Below, one piece after another: positions 1 through 28,304 of a stretch of DNA of 64,000 nt. Source of the DNA: Callorhinchus milii. Its lineage: Eukaryota. Where the stretch lies: assembly GCF_018977255.1 (NCBI RefSeq), contig NW_024704751.1, positions 16,492,001 through 16,556,000 of the forward strand, given 5' to 3'. Below the pieces are notes generated by a model. That model saw only the letters and a list, made by a program, of their open reading frames with translations, was not told where the DNA came from and did not search any database. The translations under genes were made by a program, and so were the position numbers. Position 1 is the stretch's first letter. Each line of letters begins with the position of its first letter.

Positions 1-3000
1 CCCTCCCTGGTCACAGGGTTACTACTGTGTTTAAGTTGAAAGAGACGATGTGTGGATTTCAGGCAGAGCGAGGGGGAAGGTGGAGTGTTGGAACCCTTCA
101 TTCTAAAATGGGGGTTGCAACATCAGCAGTGACTGAATTTCCTGCATCAGTAGATCTGCTGCCATAACCACAAATAGAAATGAGAGTACAAAGATTTACA
201 CAGAACTTAGAGCACAGAAACAGGTCACTCAGCACAACTAGTCCGTGCCAGTGTTTATACTCCATACGAGCCCTCTCCCATTCCCCTCCTTCACAAGAAG
301 GTCTAACTTCCTCTTGATTGCATCTACACTATCTGATAGTAAGACTTCTCAAAGCTTAAAGAGGGGGGAAGTGAAGATCCCAACCCTTCAATGCGCCCAA
401 TCTGTTTCACATTTTGTCATCGTCCACCGCAGGGTTGTGTTGAAGTAGCTATGAGTGTCGTCAGCAGGGTTACTGATTCTGTCTTCCACACAGTCAGAAT
501 ATTATCTGGACGCACACCCATTTCTTGCTGAAGAGATTCGGAGGAGTGCAGCGAGGCTCGTGGAGATGGCATGTAAACATTGTGGACAGAGAACACAACC
601 TGCAGTTTGTCAGCCAACCGGACAGATAGCTCCTGGTCCTAGCTCGGGCTTCTGGTGTTACTGTGCGCTTTTCATCATATCTATAAAAGTTAAATTGATT
701 TAAAGGGGTTTTAAGTGCTCCCGCACAAAGGGTGCTATATAAATGCAAGTTGTTGTTAAAAATTATCTCGCACATTAGGAGTATTTTCAGTGTAAAGCAC
801 TTCATCCTTTTTTCTAATATTCTGTAGCCTAAGTACCTTCAGGACATGGGAAGTGAGCAGCTGTTAACACTGAGATACTCGGAGCAGTTAGATTAACGAG
901 AGCATGGATTTAAATGTTGCTCTGTGTGTACCAATACAATACTGAATGGATGGATATGTGATAGTAGCGTGGGACGGTTGTGGGATTTACTCATGTGACC
1001 CAAGGCACTGCTGCCACAGCTGGTGGTACTCTGGAGAGCAGGGATGTATTGATCAAACTCGTTTGTGTTAATGCCCAAAGTGAGGAGAAAATGTATTAAA
1101 CTAATACAGAGAGTGAGGTTAGCGAATAGAAATGGAAGAGTTTTTGGTGCCACTGATTGAGCAGTGTGCTAAGCTGAGGATGCAGTGAACATCTGTTAGA
1201 AGCCTGGCATCACACTGAGAGAGGGGGGGGAAGAGAAAGAGAGACGATCATCTTACGGGGGCTCACTGTGAGTGAGGATGACCTAAATTGGAAGAAGTTG
1301 CATGTCTGCTCCCAATTACAAGTGCGGAGCATGAATCATTCCAGAATGGATTGAATGGGAAAGTATCTGAAAGGGGCATAAGCTGAACCTTGCTCTGCGT
1401 GGCATTACGTACTTGCCAACATTCTGCTACATTCGGCCAGTGTCCAGCTTGAGCTTTCTCCCGTTGCAAAAAGTTCAGAGAAATTATTCTGCGTGAAGGG
1501 CGCTGTATAGATGCACATTGTTGTTGCTGTTATAGGATCTTATTTGAAGAACACATTCTGAACTTGGTTCAGCCGCACAGAGTCTGGCATCTTAAACACA
1601 CATCTTACAACTTCATGGTGAGGGGAGGTGGAGAAAATAATAGTGTTAAAGGCAAGTGATCTAGACCAGGGTGGGATTGTGAGCAAGCTGGTCTGAATAG
1701 TGCTGCGTGCAGGAACACTTCGGGTTGTGGTTTCTGCTCTGGGGCAGAAAGGAAATGAGGTGATTTGCTGAGTTTGGGCTTCATGCTGCAGCAAGGCCAA
1801 GATGTGGAGGCAGTGGAGTTCACACGTGCAACAGGACATGGTATACATGCCCTGATACAGCTTTGGTGAATCACAGCACATAGTAATCAACACTCATTCA
1901 GGAGGTCAGAGCCCAAAATAAAACTGGGCAGCATTTCAAAGAAAAGCACAGGCTTTGTTAGAGAGCCAGCGAGGAGTCCAAGATTTAGTGTGAAATCCTT
2001 GGACCCATTCCAGTATTTTGATGGTAATGGCAGATGGGCAATAAATCGAAAGCACATGGAGGGCACGTGAGTGAGCACACACTCGGAGCTTGCTCTGTTA
2101 TTGTTTACAAATGCAAATGTAAAACTGACAGACAGGGTGAGGACATCACCCGGACAGACACTCCAGCCTCCGTTCCCTGTGGCTGCCACTGCACTGCACT
2201 GCCACTGGGAATGCGAGCTGCAAAGGCTTTGTATCAGTGACGTGGATTGGCAAAATGAGTATTTAGATATTTTGACGATATCAATGGGATGGATTACTTG
2301 CAACCACATCAGTGTCAGGCCCAGTAATTAATTCATATCCCAACTGATCACTCAAGCTTTCACATCAGTTTCAGCAAGTATGTGTGTCATTTAGTCACAT
2401 AATCAGCAAAAATTTGAGTATGTGTGCACATAGTACAATCTGAAACTGCCTCTGCTGTTGGGTTGCAAGGCAGTTAGAATTTTAAACTCTTTATATATTT
2501 GTAACCAATGTTTTGGTACAGTCACCGGGCTATGACTGCAGAGTAACTCCAGGCTGCATTGTGAGGCTGCTGGTTTATCCACGCCATTTTCTTCAGTTGT
2601 TTCAAACCACCATTTTGTGCAGTTTAAAAGTACTGTATTTTAGTTTCTGTGATGTTTTGCTCAGTTTAATTTTGTATTGTGTAGGGCCGTTAAGTACTAT
2701 ATAAATGCAAATTGTTATTACCATGTGGCAGGACAGTGTATTGTGTAGGTGTTGGCTGAGGGCGGGGGAATTGCTGCACATATAGAAGCGTGCAATAACT
2801 GAAGCCATCGTTTCCTATCGTTAATAAGGAAACTGTGGCTTGTGTTTTGAGCAGCTGACGAGCCTCACCCCACATGATGCCTACAGTAGCTTTGCTTCTC
2901 TAATGTTAACATTTAATTTTGCAGTACTTGGGGGGAGAAGGGAGGGGGAAGGTACAGATTTATTAGGTTTTTTAAAAAAAACAGTATTTTACATTAAGTT

Positions 3001-3056
3001 TCATTATAGGAGAAAGGGAAACATTATCTAACTACATCCACTTTCTGGCTTTGTAG

Positions 3057-16805
<13,749 letters not shown>

Positions 16806-17780
16806 CAGCTGTTGGGGACCTGACCGTGTGTGTGCGTGAGTGGAGATCTTTGAATCGACTGTTTCTGTCCTTATTTATGCAAAAACCACCTCTCTTCCCA
16901 AAATCTGTCCCCACCCAACTCTTAACAATGGAAGGATATTGTAGTCATTTTGATCAAGTACCGAGGAAAAAAAATTAATGTTTGCTGCCTGTGTAAGTCT
17001 GAAATGTTTTAACCAAAGTTGCTGTCTCGTTTACGGTGAGTTTGGGAGGCAGACGGTCCCCTGAAGCGCACCACTTTGAGGTTTTTATGGTAATTTTGGA
17101 AGCGAAGTGACTTGGAACTCCCGTGGTTCCGTGCTGTACTCTTGAGAGACGTAAGGAGCACTGGAAGGTGCCTCGTGGGAAGCTCTGCTACGCCATTCAG
17201 GAGAAGGCCTGTGCAGTAGATCCTAGATGTATGTAACCCTCAATCAGCTGTAAACATGATGATGTTTCACAATGAGAAACAGTGGTTTGGCAGCAAACTG
17301 TAGTTTTAAACTTTTTAGTTTACAGTAAACGTGAAAAGCTTTCCCTCCCCCAAGTATCATGTGTATCTACAACACCCTGACCTCTTCCCCTTGACTGTAT
17401 GAACTTCCCTGATTCACCTCCTAACTGGTTTGAACCTTCCGCTACAGCCTGAGAGCTGTAATGTATATAGAAGTTGTACATTACACATACCCTCTGATTT
17501 GGTGGTTTTTTTTCTTCTCCTGTAGAATGAGGTTTACAATTTTCATGACATGGTCAAGCGAGAAGTGACTATAGCTTTTATTTCCATCGGCCATATCTCC
17601 TCTGAGGGTGATGTACAAGTTTCTGTATGTATAAAGTTGTGCTCTGTTTCGAGGAGAGCACGTGATCACGTTTTCCTTTATAATCAAGGTGTGGAAAAAA
17701 AGTTTAGATTCAGTTGAAGCTCACGAAAATGATGAAGAAACACAATTTGAGATTTTTCAATGCTATAAAATCTGCATATT

Positions 17781-17931
17781 NNNNNNNNNNNNNNNNNNNN
17801 NNNNNNNNNNNNNNNNNNNNNNNNNNNNNNNNNNNNNNNNNNNNNNNNNNNNNNNNNNNNNNNNNNNNNNNNNNNNNNNNNNNNNNNNNNNNNNNNNNNN
17901 NNNNNNNNNNNNNNNNNNNNNNNNNNNNNNN
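17781..17931. other. Assembly gap (N run) at the ARID1A 3' end
   Basis: 151 N bases. Confidence 0.99.
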
Positions 17932-19849
17932 GCTTTCATTCATTTTTCACCTGTTTTGAAGGGACTATGGCCATAGGTAATTTGTTGGTGAGCCTCCAAT
18001 CATGTCTATTCATGTACAGAATGGCAGGTCAATGAACAAATTGGATCAGAATTATTCCTTCTCTCGGAGCAGCTGTATTCGAGCACCAGGTTTCCAAAAA
18101 AATTGGAGAAAATGATCAAGGTTAAGAAATGCAGATAAGCCGGACAAATGTTAACTTCAAAATGTATTGGCAAATATTTGGCAGAGGATCTCTACCATGG
18201 GCAAGAGCCAAGTTTCTGTTAATATCTGGCAGAGGATCTCTACTATGGGGCAGGAGCCAAGTTAATGCTCCAGTGGGTTTTGGTCTGGGGGTTTGCATCT
18301 CTCCCTATCTGTGAAGCTGAAGAATTGATCAACATGGACTGAAAGTTGTGACCAATATTTTCTTGTTCAACAATTGATTTTTATCCAAATTAACGGGGAA
18401 TTCAAATTTTAGACTTGGTGAAAATTGGCAGGAGGAAAATTCACTTCAGCATTTATAAATTGGATTTTACCATTTAAACCAAGTCGATATTTTTGTATTT
18501 TGTGTTGTGCCATCTTTGCTAGTCACTGTTGGAATGTTTCCACCATCGCGTCTCTGCCGAGGGCGGCTGCATGGAACGGATTGGAGCTGTGTAAAAAAAA
18601 TTCTGAAGGATTTTGTAAACCAAAGAGGAATGTGGAGGCAGATGATCGATGAATCACTGATTGGATCCTGTAATGCAGTCGCATCCTCACCCTCTGCAGC
18701 TTAGAGACCTGTTTCTGCACCTCACTGAGTACAGCATTTGTGTCCCCTTAATCACTGCAGCTATAAACTAGCTTGCTCTGGGTAAATATTGGGCTTTCTT
18801 ACATTCTGTCTCCATAACCTCAGTAAGCTGGGCAGAGTTTGTTTCTCGCCAGCAACTCGTCTTTGGTTTAGACTCTAAACTTCTCTGAGGACCTGTGGCT
18901 TTGACTTTTAACTGATTCTTTTAGAAAACTGGCATGTAAACCCTGATGATGATTCACCAGCTGGAGAGGCAGCTCTTGAGTTTCTGCTGCGATGAAAATG
19001 TCTCAAACTTATTGACTCACAAAAGCAGTCCCTGTAATTGCTGATCATTTGTGTGTGAAGTCGAAGAGCTAGGCTGGTTTCAATAATGAAATCACTCAGT
19101 TTAAGACTTCATTGTTAGTACTGTTGTATTTGAGGGAATTTAATCTTAAACTAGAGGAAAATTGTTTTGAAAACTTGCTCTTTGCAGAGATTTGCTTCTG
19201 AGAATAAAGAGATTTCCTGAGAACAAAATGATTACTATTACAACTTGCATACAGTTTTCACAGAAAAGGAATGTCCCAGAAGAGCTTTGCGGAGTGAAAT
19301 TTATTAAAAATTAAGTTAGTTATATAAGCAAGTTAATTTCTTGAATGCTAAGTGGGTTTGTGCTTGTGTTCAGCTCGAGAGATGCATTGCCTTCCATTGA
19401 GGTAATTTGTGAAAAATCTGTGTACTCATTGGAAGGATTACTGTTGCAGATGTATTTATTCTACTGGAAACAATGTTCCAGAGCACCTTGATGATTTGGT
19501 GAGTAAGTACATGAGTTGATGTAGTTGCTTAGCCACATTAAACATAAGAGCTTGGGTTTGCTCAGTGGTCTACCCTGAGATTAGAAGCGGTGGATGCTCG
19601 AGTGGAACGTGAAACACTGGCACAGATGAGTTGGGCCAAATAGCCTGCTCCTGTGCTTTTTTTTGTAACTATAAGATGATGCAGCATTGTGGATGATAAT
19701 GTAGTCCTAGTGTTCCCTGGCTGGAGAATCCACTTGGCTTCCTACTTTGGATCACTGCTGAGCATGCCGTGTTGGGTCAGTGGGATTGGTTTGACTGAGC
19801 TCCAACCAACGATTCAAGCTTTCTTATGCTTGATGTACAGTCAAGGCGA

Positions 19850-20205
19850 GGTGCCCCTGGCTCAGTTAGTAATACTCTCCCACTGAGTTAGAAGGTTGTG
19901 AATTCAAGCCACACATCTAGACCTGAGTGCAAGTCTAGGCTGATACTCCACTGCAGAACTGGGGAAGCCCACTTTGGCAGAGATTTTGTTCTTCAGATGA
20001 GATGTAAACTGAGGTCCTATTTTGCTTATTCAGGTCAACATGGATCTAGTCAAAAAGAAAAGGCAATTTCTCTTGGTGTGCCAACAATTCTCCAAATATA
20101 TAGTCACAACAGCAGCAACACTTACCTCCAAAACAACCACTGCACTTGACAGTAATGAAGTGCTTTTGAGACATTTCAATGCAATAAAGTACTGTAAAAT
20201 GTAAG
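19850..20205 (+). mobile_element. Old Deu-domain/SacSINE-like tRNA SINE
   Basis: tRNA-like head (ggctcagtt...gaaggttgtgaattcaagcc), core cttcagatgagatgtaaactgagg, L2-type tail. Confidence 0.6.
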
Positions 20206-21799
20206 CTTTTCTGCATCCAAAGAGGGCAGGAAGAGAGAACTGAGAATAGATAGTTGGGCTGTTGATTGCCTCTGCTTTCCCACCTATAGTCTCGCAAGAT
20301 TGCTGTGCTTGTATGAGGAAGACTAACCACTGAGTTACAAACTGCTTTCAAGTCCATCAGTGTATTCACTCTCTGGGTACTGAATGCTATTCTACTGCTA
20401 CAATTATATTTTTTGATCTGAGTAACCAAGATATTTAGGCTTTAACTCCAAGTGATGAAGTGGATGTATTACTCCAATAAGTGTACCTACATTCAGCCAT
20501 AGTCTGGGCTATATTTCCCTTCCCAGCTGATCGTTGAGTGGCAGCAATACTGACCTAATGGTTAATAGCCAGGACCATTCTCAGCTTATTTGAACATGGC
20601 TTGAGAAGTATTTGTTGTTAAGTGTAATGAATGAAGCAAAGCCCCATGAATTGCCATTGTTCCACCAGCGCTGGCCGTGCTTTCAGCCAATACATCCCGA
20701 AACTCTGGAACTCTCCCTCAATCCCTTTGTCTTGCCCTCTCCTTCCGCAGTTTCAGATCACTCTTAAAGCCTTGTTCTTCAACTGTGCCAACAGTTACCC
20801 CCTCCTCCCCAACCAGCTTGGGGGCAAGCTCCACCTCTGTTCAGCGCTCTGAGAAGCTAACTTGCATGAAGGGTGCTATATAAATGCAAGATGTTAGGTG
20901 AATGACCAATTTATGATGAGGATTGTTGGTCAGGATAGGGCTAAGAGATCTTTCAGGCCACTTGGACAGACGGACCTTCAGTTCAAAGTTTCAACCTGAC
21001 AACCACACTTCCCAATGCAGTGCCCTCCCAGTACAGTACTGGCCAAACAAGTACCCAAGTTGACATTGGATGGAAAGAAAGCACAACCTTCTGACGCGAA
21101 GGCTACCGCAGAACGAGACCTGACGATGGAAAATGCTCTTAGTCCTTTGCTGTGGAAGGCATCTGAGCAACGTAGGGACCGGTTCTTCCATTTGCTCGTG
21201 AGGTGAGATACCCGAACACAGAAAATCTCCCGGAACATTTGAAGAATGGCAGTGACCTCGTTACCTATCCCTAGCTGGGATAATGAGACGCCACGTCCTG
21301 CCTGCCAGCAGCATTATGACAGCGTGGAGTGTGTGTGTATGTGTGTGTGAGGAGGTGGGGGGGGGGTTGTAAATGTCTTTGCCAGCGGATTTAGGGGCGG
21401 GTGAACTGTCTTAGGAGTGTGGGCGACTGGAGGGAGGTGGAGTAACAGGAGGCAGGAGCTGAGCTGAGCTCAGAGGCAGGAATCTGCTCCCTCAGCAACA
21501 TGGAATAGCCCAAACCAGGAAGCGGGTCAGTCAGTGAGGCCGAGGGGGGGGTGGTGGTGGGGGGAGGGGGGACGTGCTGACAGGTAGGTTGGTTGTTGTT
21601 GGGGTTTTTTTTTGCATCCACGTGCGAATTCATTTCGTTTTAATTTTTTTTTGGGGGGGGGGGGTTGGCAAGATTTTTTTTTTGGGGGGAGGGAGGGGGT
21701 GGGGATCCGAAATAAAGTGCTTCCCGAGGCGAATGCTCCTGAAGGGAATCAGCTCAGAAAATAAAGCAATCTGCTGTTTAGTGGGGGAGGGGGTGGGGG

Positions 21800-22700
21800 G
21801 GGGACATCACCGGGTTCTGAACCCGATTCGTCCCCTCTCGGCTGCGGCTCTCACGCCCTGCCGAGTCTCCCCCCCCCCCCCGCCCGCCCCCCGGCATTTT
21901 GTCGAGCAGCTCACACAAGGCAAGTGACGCAGGGCGCGGCGGAGCGGTTGGTTTGGGGACGCGCCCCGGCGGCGCCATTGCTGAAGGCTGGGCGGGCGGG
22001 AGGCGGAGACGCGGGAACCGGAAGTGTTTCCATGGTGACGCGGTGACGGGGCGCCGCGCGTGTGTTTTTTCACCTTACCGGAAGTGGCAGTTGAGAGCGC
22101 GAGGCCTCTCGCCCCCTTCCCCCCCCCGCCCCGCGCCAGGTCAGTCGGGCCGCTGCGCGCGCAGGGAGGGAGGGAGGGAGGGAGGAGGGAGAGAGTGGCC
22201 GTCGCCGCCATTTTGAGCTCCAGATCAGTCGAGGCGGCGGCACCGTCAAGAGCAGATTTAAATGATTAGATTAATGATTAGATTAATTAAACCCCGCACT
22301 TCTTTCCCCCCTCCTCCTCTTCGCCCCTCCCTCCCTCCCTCCCGTGAATGGCCTCCGATGGGATTTTAAGTCCCGACGTGAGCTTTTAAACAACAACAAC
22401 AACAACTGACGTGTGTACAACGCCCCTCACGTCAGGAGGACGTCCTCAGGCGCTGGACGGTCTGGGATCCCCACCCCCACACCCCCACCCCGAGCTGGTG
22501 GTGCAGATCAGGAGGGGGTGGAGGGTAGGAGGAGGGTGCCCGAAGGCAGGGGTCGAAGAGGGGGGGTCTTGAGACGGGCCGCCTCCGCGCGCCCGGCCCC
22601 GAGGCCGACACGTTCGAGGATTCCGGGAATATTTCTAAAATCCCATTGAACAAACGGCAGATACACCAGTCCTCCTCTCGCACACTAATTAAAAGGCTGA
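21800..22700 (+). promoter_or_regulatory. CpG-island promoter of PIGV
   Basis: CpG-rich. Two ETS motifs ACCGGAAGTG (22017, 22077), X-box-like GTTTCCATGGTGAC (22026-22039), YY1 motif GCCGCCATTTT (22204), and a candidate non-coding exon-1 donor CAG|GTCAGT at 22140. Confidence 0.7.
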
Positions 22701-23226
22701 GCCGGTAGAGCGGCGACTGACTCCCAGCAGAATGTACCTTACACCCGTCACCCGGCTGCGTCATCTGTGACGAGTCATTATTTGAATATCTTGTCAAGAG
22801 TGTGTTAAGTTGATTAATCGTCTTGGATCTTGGTCTCACCCAGTCTAACTGGACTGGTGCCTGGACGCGGGCTGGGAGTGAATCTGTTGAGTGAGCTATT
22901 GAGACTGACTTGGGCTGGGGGGTGAAGCAGTGAGTCTGCAGATTATCTCAGCAGAAATAGTCTGCGATGAGGGTGCTGAGCTGCAGCACACGTGGAGTCA
23001 GTTGGGAGGCAGGAACTCCCGATTGGATCCCAGCGTTGGTCAGTAAATGAAGCAAATAAATGACGGCATGTAATGCCTCAGTGTCTACACTTTGCACTCC
23101 CTCTGGGATGGGCCAAGTGGCTTGAGCTGCACAGTAACTAAATCTTCTGCAATCTGTCTCCTTTCAGGTGTCCCAGCATAATAAAGAGGTGAAGTGTTGG
23201 CGTGCCTTGTGCAGTCACTTCACAGG

Positions 23227-26200
23227 ATGGAAGTTTACGGCATTCGGAGTGTGATGCTCTTTGCTTTGTACACCAGAATCCTCACTGTCCTCTTGCAGGT
23301 CAGTTCCAAGCGTGCATCAATGCGGCATATGCTTCCAAAGTGTAACCTACTTGTGGCCTGAATCATAGCCAGAATGTTTCCAATACCTGGCTCTTAGATC
23401 AAATCAGTGCCACACTTGTAATTCTGCCATTCAGAGGCTTCAGATGTGATGCCTAACATGCTTACACATTTCTCCCTGCACTCTACTCTTTCTCCCACCT
23501 CCCCCCAATTAGGTACAACCAGTGTGCTTGCACCATTGTCTCCATGGTCTTTCTCCCCTCCTTCCACCTCCTCTGATTTTATGTAGCTCAATAATAGTTT
23601 GGTCCAGAGCCAGCCCACCTTCATGGGGTAAATATGGGTTGACTGGTTTTCCTGGGAGCTGGGTGGGTAATGACATTGTCTGTTGCAGCACCATGTTTCA
23701 CAGCTGAGGTTGACTCCAGGTTTAGAACCCGAGCTGGTTTATTGTTGATCATCGTTGGTACTGCAGTTGGCCACAGGACCCTAGGACTGAGAAGAGGAAA
23801 AACAGCCATAGTTCCGTGCTCCTGATCTCTATGATTCCCTATTAGAATGGGTTAGTGTTGGGTGAGAACAAGATCAGTATCAGGACTGAGTTCCCTGTGG
23901 TTCAGTAACCTGCTGGCTGGTTGACTTACTGACTGTCTGACTGAACTCGTACATGAGGAATGGTCACCTGGGAAGGTAACCAAGAGTATCTGTGGAATTG
24001 TCTCCAGTCAGAATTTGCTCAATAGAGAAACAAAATAATTTCAAATGTTTTCTGTATTTGTTATCAAATGTGGTGAGGGCGAGAGGAGGAAGCAAACGAT
24101 TGCAGAGGGGAAGTGATTCTGTGTCTTAACAGCTTTGTGCTGAGTGAGCTGCAGAGGAGGTTTCTGATATCTGACACTTGTGTGTGTGTGTGTTTCTGTG
24201 ACCGGATGAGATCACTGCCAGCGAGAAGACTGGGAAATGTTCTGACTGCTCCCGGGATTAGCAGCTGCTGCTTCAGTTTAATTTCCTGGCAATTAAAATT
24301 TTAATTGATTAATTATTTGTATTAAAGAGCGTTGCCCCATCAGGAATGCAGTGCCCTTGCTGTCAAGGGTACATCTTAGGTTGAATTTCCAGGCAGTAAC
24401 GTGTAATATTCTCAGGATGGTTTGGAAATGGCTCAGGGGCTGATGTTTCAGGTGCCAATGGCTGTCCCACTTTTTTTGGGGGGGTGCATAGATGCATTGG
24501 GCAATGATGAGGATGTTAATATATTAATTTTTCTGTTCTAGGTTCTGTTTAATTCCCTAATTCCCGACCACACTGCCGATGCCTTCAGTCCACCCCAGCT
24601 GCACAATTCCACGTTGGGAGATGTGATAGTGCAAACCCTGCTTAGTGGTTTTTCCCGCTGGGATGCACAGCACTTTCTATTCATCGCGGAGTTTGGCTAT
24701 GTCTTTGAGCACAACTTTGCCTTCCTGCCCTTGTTTCCGGGGTGCATGCGGATAGTGGCTGAAACTCTTGCCTCACCGTGCAAGGGGTGTCTGAGCCTCC
24801 ACAACCGCCTGCTGCTGTCTGGGGTGCTGCTAAACACAGTTCTGTTCACATTGGCAGCCGGAGCCTTGTACAAGCTGAGTTGTGTGGTGCTGAAGGATCA
24901 CAGCATGGCCACCCTTGCCAGCTTGCTCTTTTGCCTCACTCCAGTTAGTGTCTTCATGTCAGCTGCCTACTCGGAGAGCATGTTCATACTGCTGGCACTG
25001 GCAGGGATGTGGCAGCTGGAGATCGGATGGTCAGTGCTGGGCTGTGTATTCTTTGCCTTAGCCACAGCCACACGCTCCAATGGGACGGTAAACGCTGGGT
25101 TCCTCATCTACTTGGAGCTGAAGCGCAGTGTGAGGCACGTGAGGGCGGTGATGAAGTCGGCAGTGAATGGACCTCAGACATGGTGTTGGCTCCGTGTAGC
25201 TGCTCAGTCAGTGCTGACGGTGGCCGGAGGCACGATCGCAATTGTGTTGCCCTTTGCACTCTTCCAGTATTATGGCTACCTGACCTTCTGCACACCGACT
25301 GTGACCTCAGGGCAGGATGTCCCTCAGCCTCTCTTACAGCTCGCCAGGGAGAAGGGCTACAGGGTCCCCGATATAAACATGGCGCTGCCGAGTTGGTGCT
25401 CTCACCGCTTCCCCCTGATCTACTCCTACATCCAGAAAGTGTACTGGAATCTGGGCTTCCTGAAGTATTACCAACTCCGACAGCTGCCCAACTTCCTGCT
25501 GGCACTGCCAGCTGCCTTCCTGGGTGGCTGGGCTGCCTGGCAATATGTGGCAGCTGATTTCTGGTATTGTGTGCGGCTGGGACTGGTCAGCAAGAGGAGA
25601 ACGGAGGTGGGAGAGAAGAAGCCAGCAAACGGGTTTCACAGCCCAGAGGTGTTCATCTATCTCGTGCACATGGCAGGACTGCTTGCGTTTGCCGTGTGTT
25701 TCATGCACATTCAGGTAAGACCAAGACACCAGAGCACTGAGTGTGGGGTCTGTGACACGTCAGCAACTGGCTCTGTGTCCAGGGATTGACCCTGATTGCA
25801 GCTGACACAGCAGTTGTCTAACATTTGGCTTTAGAGTCCCAGTATTAGAATGGGAAAATCAGTCGGGGTACTTGCTCCTGATACCTATCCCGAGACCAAT
25901 GACGAAAGAATCTTGCGGATATCTGGGTCATGTTCCCCCAGGTCTAATAACCCAATAACATTCATCATGACAATTCCCTGTGAGTACTTCGGCAAAATAC
26001 CAGAAGGACCTGCTGTTGCTGCAACTATTTCCCAGTTAAAGGAAAAAGAAGTCAATGCTTTTCAGGATGGGAGGAACTACATCTTGTGCAGCGCCGCTAA
26101 TGAATATGGTTGTACTGGGAAAAGACTGAGCTGGAGAGCTGGAGCTTGTGTGTGTGGTTTGAGTTCCTTTAGAGCGTGCATTAATCTCTGTCTTCCTTTG

Positions 26201-26468
26201 TTTGCAGGTTTTGACCAGGTTCTTGGCCTCATCATCTCCTGTCCTGTATTGGTTCTGTGCTCACCTGATTCAGAAAGCGGAGGCTGAACATGCCACGTGG
26301 AACAGTGTTGCTGCCCCCACTAACCCCGTGTTGCCCAAAAACATCCTGACGGAACTGCTTCTGGACTGGAGACAACGAAGCCCAACTACTCGCTGGCTCC
26401 TGGCCTACTTTCTGTTGTACTGGCTCCTTGGTCTGTTACTGCATTGCAACTTCCTCCCGTGGACATGA
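23227..26468 (+). CDS. PIGV: GPI alpha-1,6-mannosyltransferase 2 (501 aa)
   Basis: Exons 23227-23298 (MEVYGIRSVMLFALYTRILTVLLQ), 24542-25714 and 26208-26468, all phase 0. Motifs IPDH.ADAF, RWDAQHFLFIAEFGY.FEHNFAFLPLFP, YSES, RSNG, YSYIQ..YWNLGFLKYY, and C-terminal LHCNFLPWT. Confidence 0.96.
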
Positions 26469-26519
26469 GCCTCAGAATGTTTCAGACATTCATTCGCTCA
26501 ATATGTTCCATTCATCATC

Positions 26520-26885
26520 AACAACAATTTAACTTATATAGTTCCCTCCATGCAGGATAGCATCTCAAGAGAGCTTAACAGTAGTGGAGCCTGACTCCAA
26601 GGAGGGGGGAGGTGGCTGCAAACACGGTTGAAGAGGAAAGTTTTCAGGCAGGACTTGAAAGAGGGGAGAGGGGGCAAGGCGGAGGGATTGGGGGAGAGTG
26701 TTCCAGAGTTTTGGGACGTAGTGGCTGAAAGAGCGATCTCCGATGGTGGGGCGGAAGTTGTGAGGGACGAGCAGGAATCTGGTGCCAGTCGAACGGAAGC
26801 GCCGGGTGGTGGATTGGGGAGTGAGGAGGTCAGAGAGGTAGGGAGGTGCCAGGGAGTGAATGGATTTGAACACGAACAAGAACAT
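26520..26885 (-). mobile_element. L2 LINE 3'-end fragment
   Basis: [18 protein letters not shown]...[17 protein letters not shown] and a (TTG)n tail; same family as 52425-53265. Confidence 0.82.
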
Positions 26886-28304
26886 TCAACACCAGGTGCT
26901 GTGTGTGGGACAGGCTCTGTGCTGTGTATCAGTTGGTTTCTGTAAAGTGCTGCCTGCGGTGCAGGTTGGTGGTTGGGTTAGAGGCCTGGTTGCGACGGAC
27001 TAACTTACTGCAGAATGATTTATGTATTTGGAGAGATGGAGTAAATAAATAATGGTAATAAAAACTACCCTTGCCGCTTCTGTCACTGCTGCTGGGGAGA
27101 GCCTTCACATCCGTCTGATTATCTTATTGATGCATATCAGGCAGGCAATCCACTGCAATAACTGGGACCGCCACCGACAGTATTCATGTATGTGTGGATG
27201 CATGTATACATTTATCCAAAGTTGGACCAGACTCTTTATTTAAAATACAACAATATTATTTCTGGTCGTGTCCGTGTTGTGAAACACAAAGACACAAGCC
27301 CTTGCAGCAGAGTGAGCAGCACCTGAACTGCCGCTGCTAACATGCAATGTCTGAGTTCCATTTGAACAGCAGCTGTTAAACGTCCAAACATCATTCCTTG
27401 TAAGTTGTTGTTGATCGGGGAACCAGCAATTACAAGGAGGGGAGCAAGGCAATGTGCTAATGCTGGTACTGATTACTTTTGTAGCATTGATGGCCAGAGG
27501 TGCTTGCTCACAGTATAAATTGAAGGGCGTCGCCCAACAAAATTCTGCAGCTTCCTCATAGGGAAGGAGGGAAATTGTATCAGGGACTGGGACACACTAC
27601 ACTAACGCCCAGAGCTCTGCAGCACTCGAGAGCACAGCCCCCCCCCCCCCCCCCCCAAATACAGAAAACTGATCTTTCTCTGAGCTTATTCTGAGCATTG
27701 CCACCAGCACCAGCCTTCGGCCCAGTAAATTTCACGATAAACTCAGCCGCAATTACATCTCTAATCCATTTGCACCACAGTCTTGAGTAAAATCTGGACA
27801 AGCAGGTTATATGACTGGCCACATGGTTTACACTAGGATTGCAATGAGTCACCACTTTACACCAATGAGTTTAGTCTGTTGAAGCTACAGATTGCACCAA
27901 ATGTGATTTACAGCTGTGATAGTGATGGGAAACAGTGAGCGTGAACGCCCTCTGGTGTGGAGATGCTTTCTTTTTCGGTTCCAATCACCGCACAGTATGA
28001 TTTTATAATGTTAAGTGTTTGAATGTTTGATGGGTCAAGGGTAGGATTTGTCCTGCAAAGTGCACTCCTGACTTGCAAGATGAAATCCAAGGATTATTAT
28101 TATTTTAGTGTTCGATGGGATTTAAATAATATTAATGCAGAGACATGTTTAACAACACAGTAGTACTGGGACCTGCACTGTAACTCAGTGCCGTGCTGTC
28201 CTGTTTGATCACTCTACCCCTTCCCTGTGGGAGCACAGAGACAGACTCTGTATCAGCCTGATGGCAGTATGCAGCGCAAACAATCTTTTGTATTGTTAGT
28301 TTAT

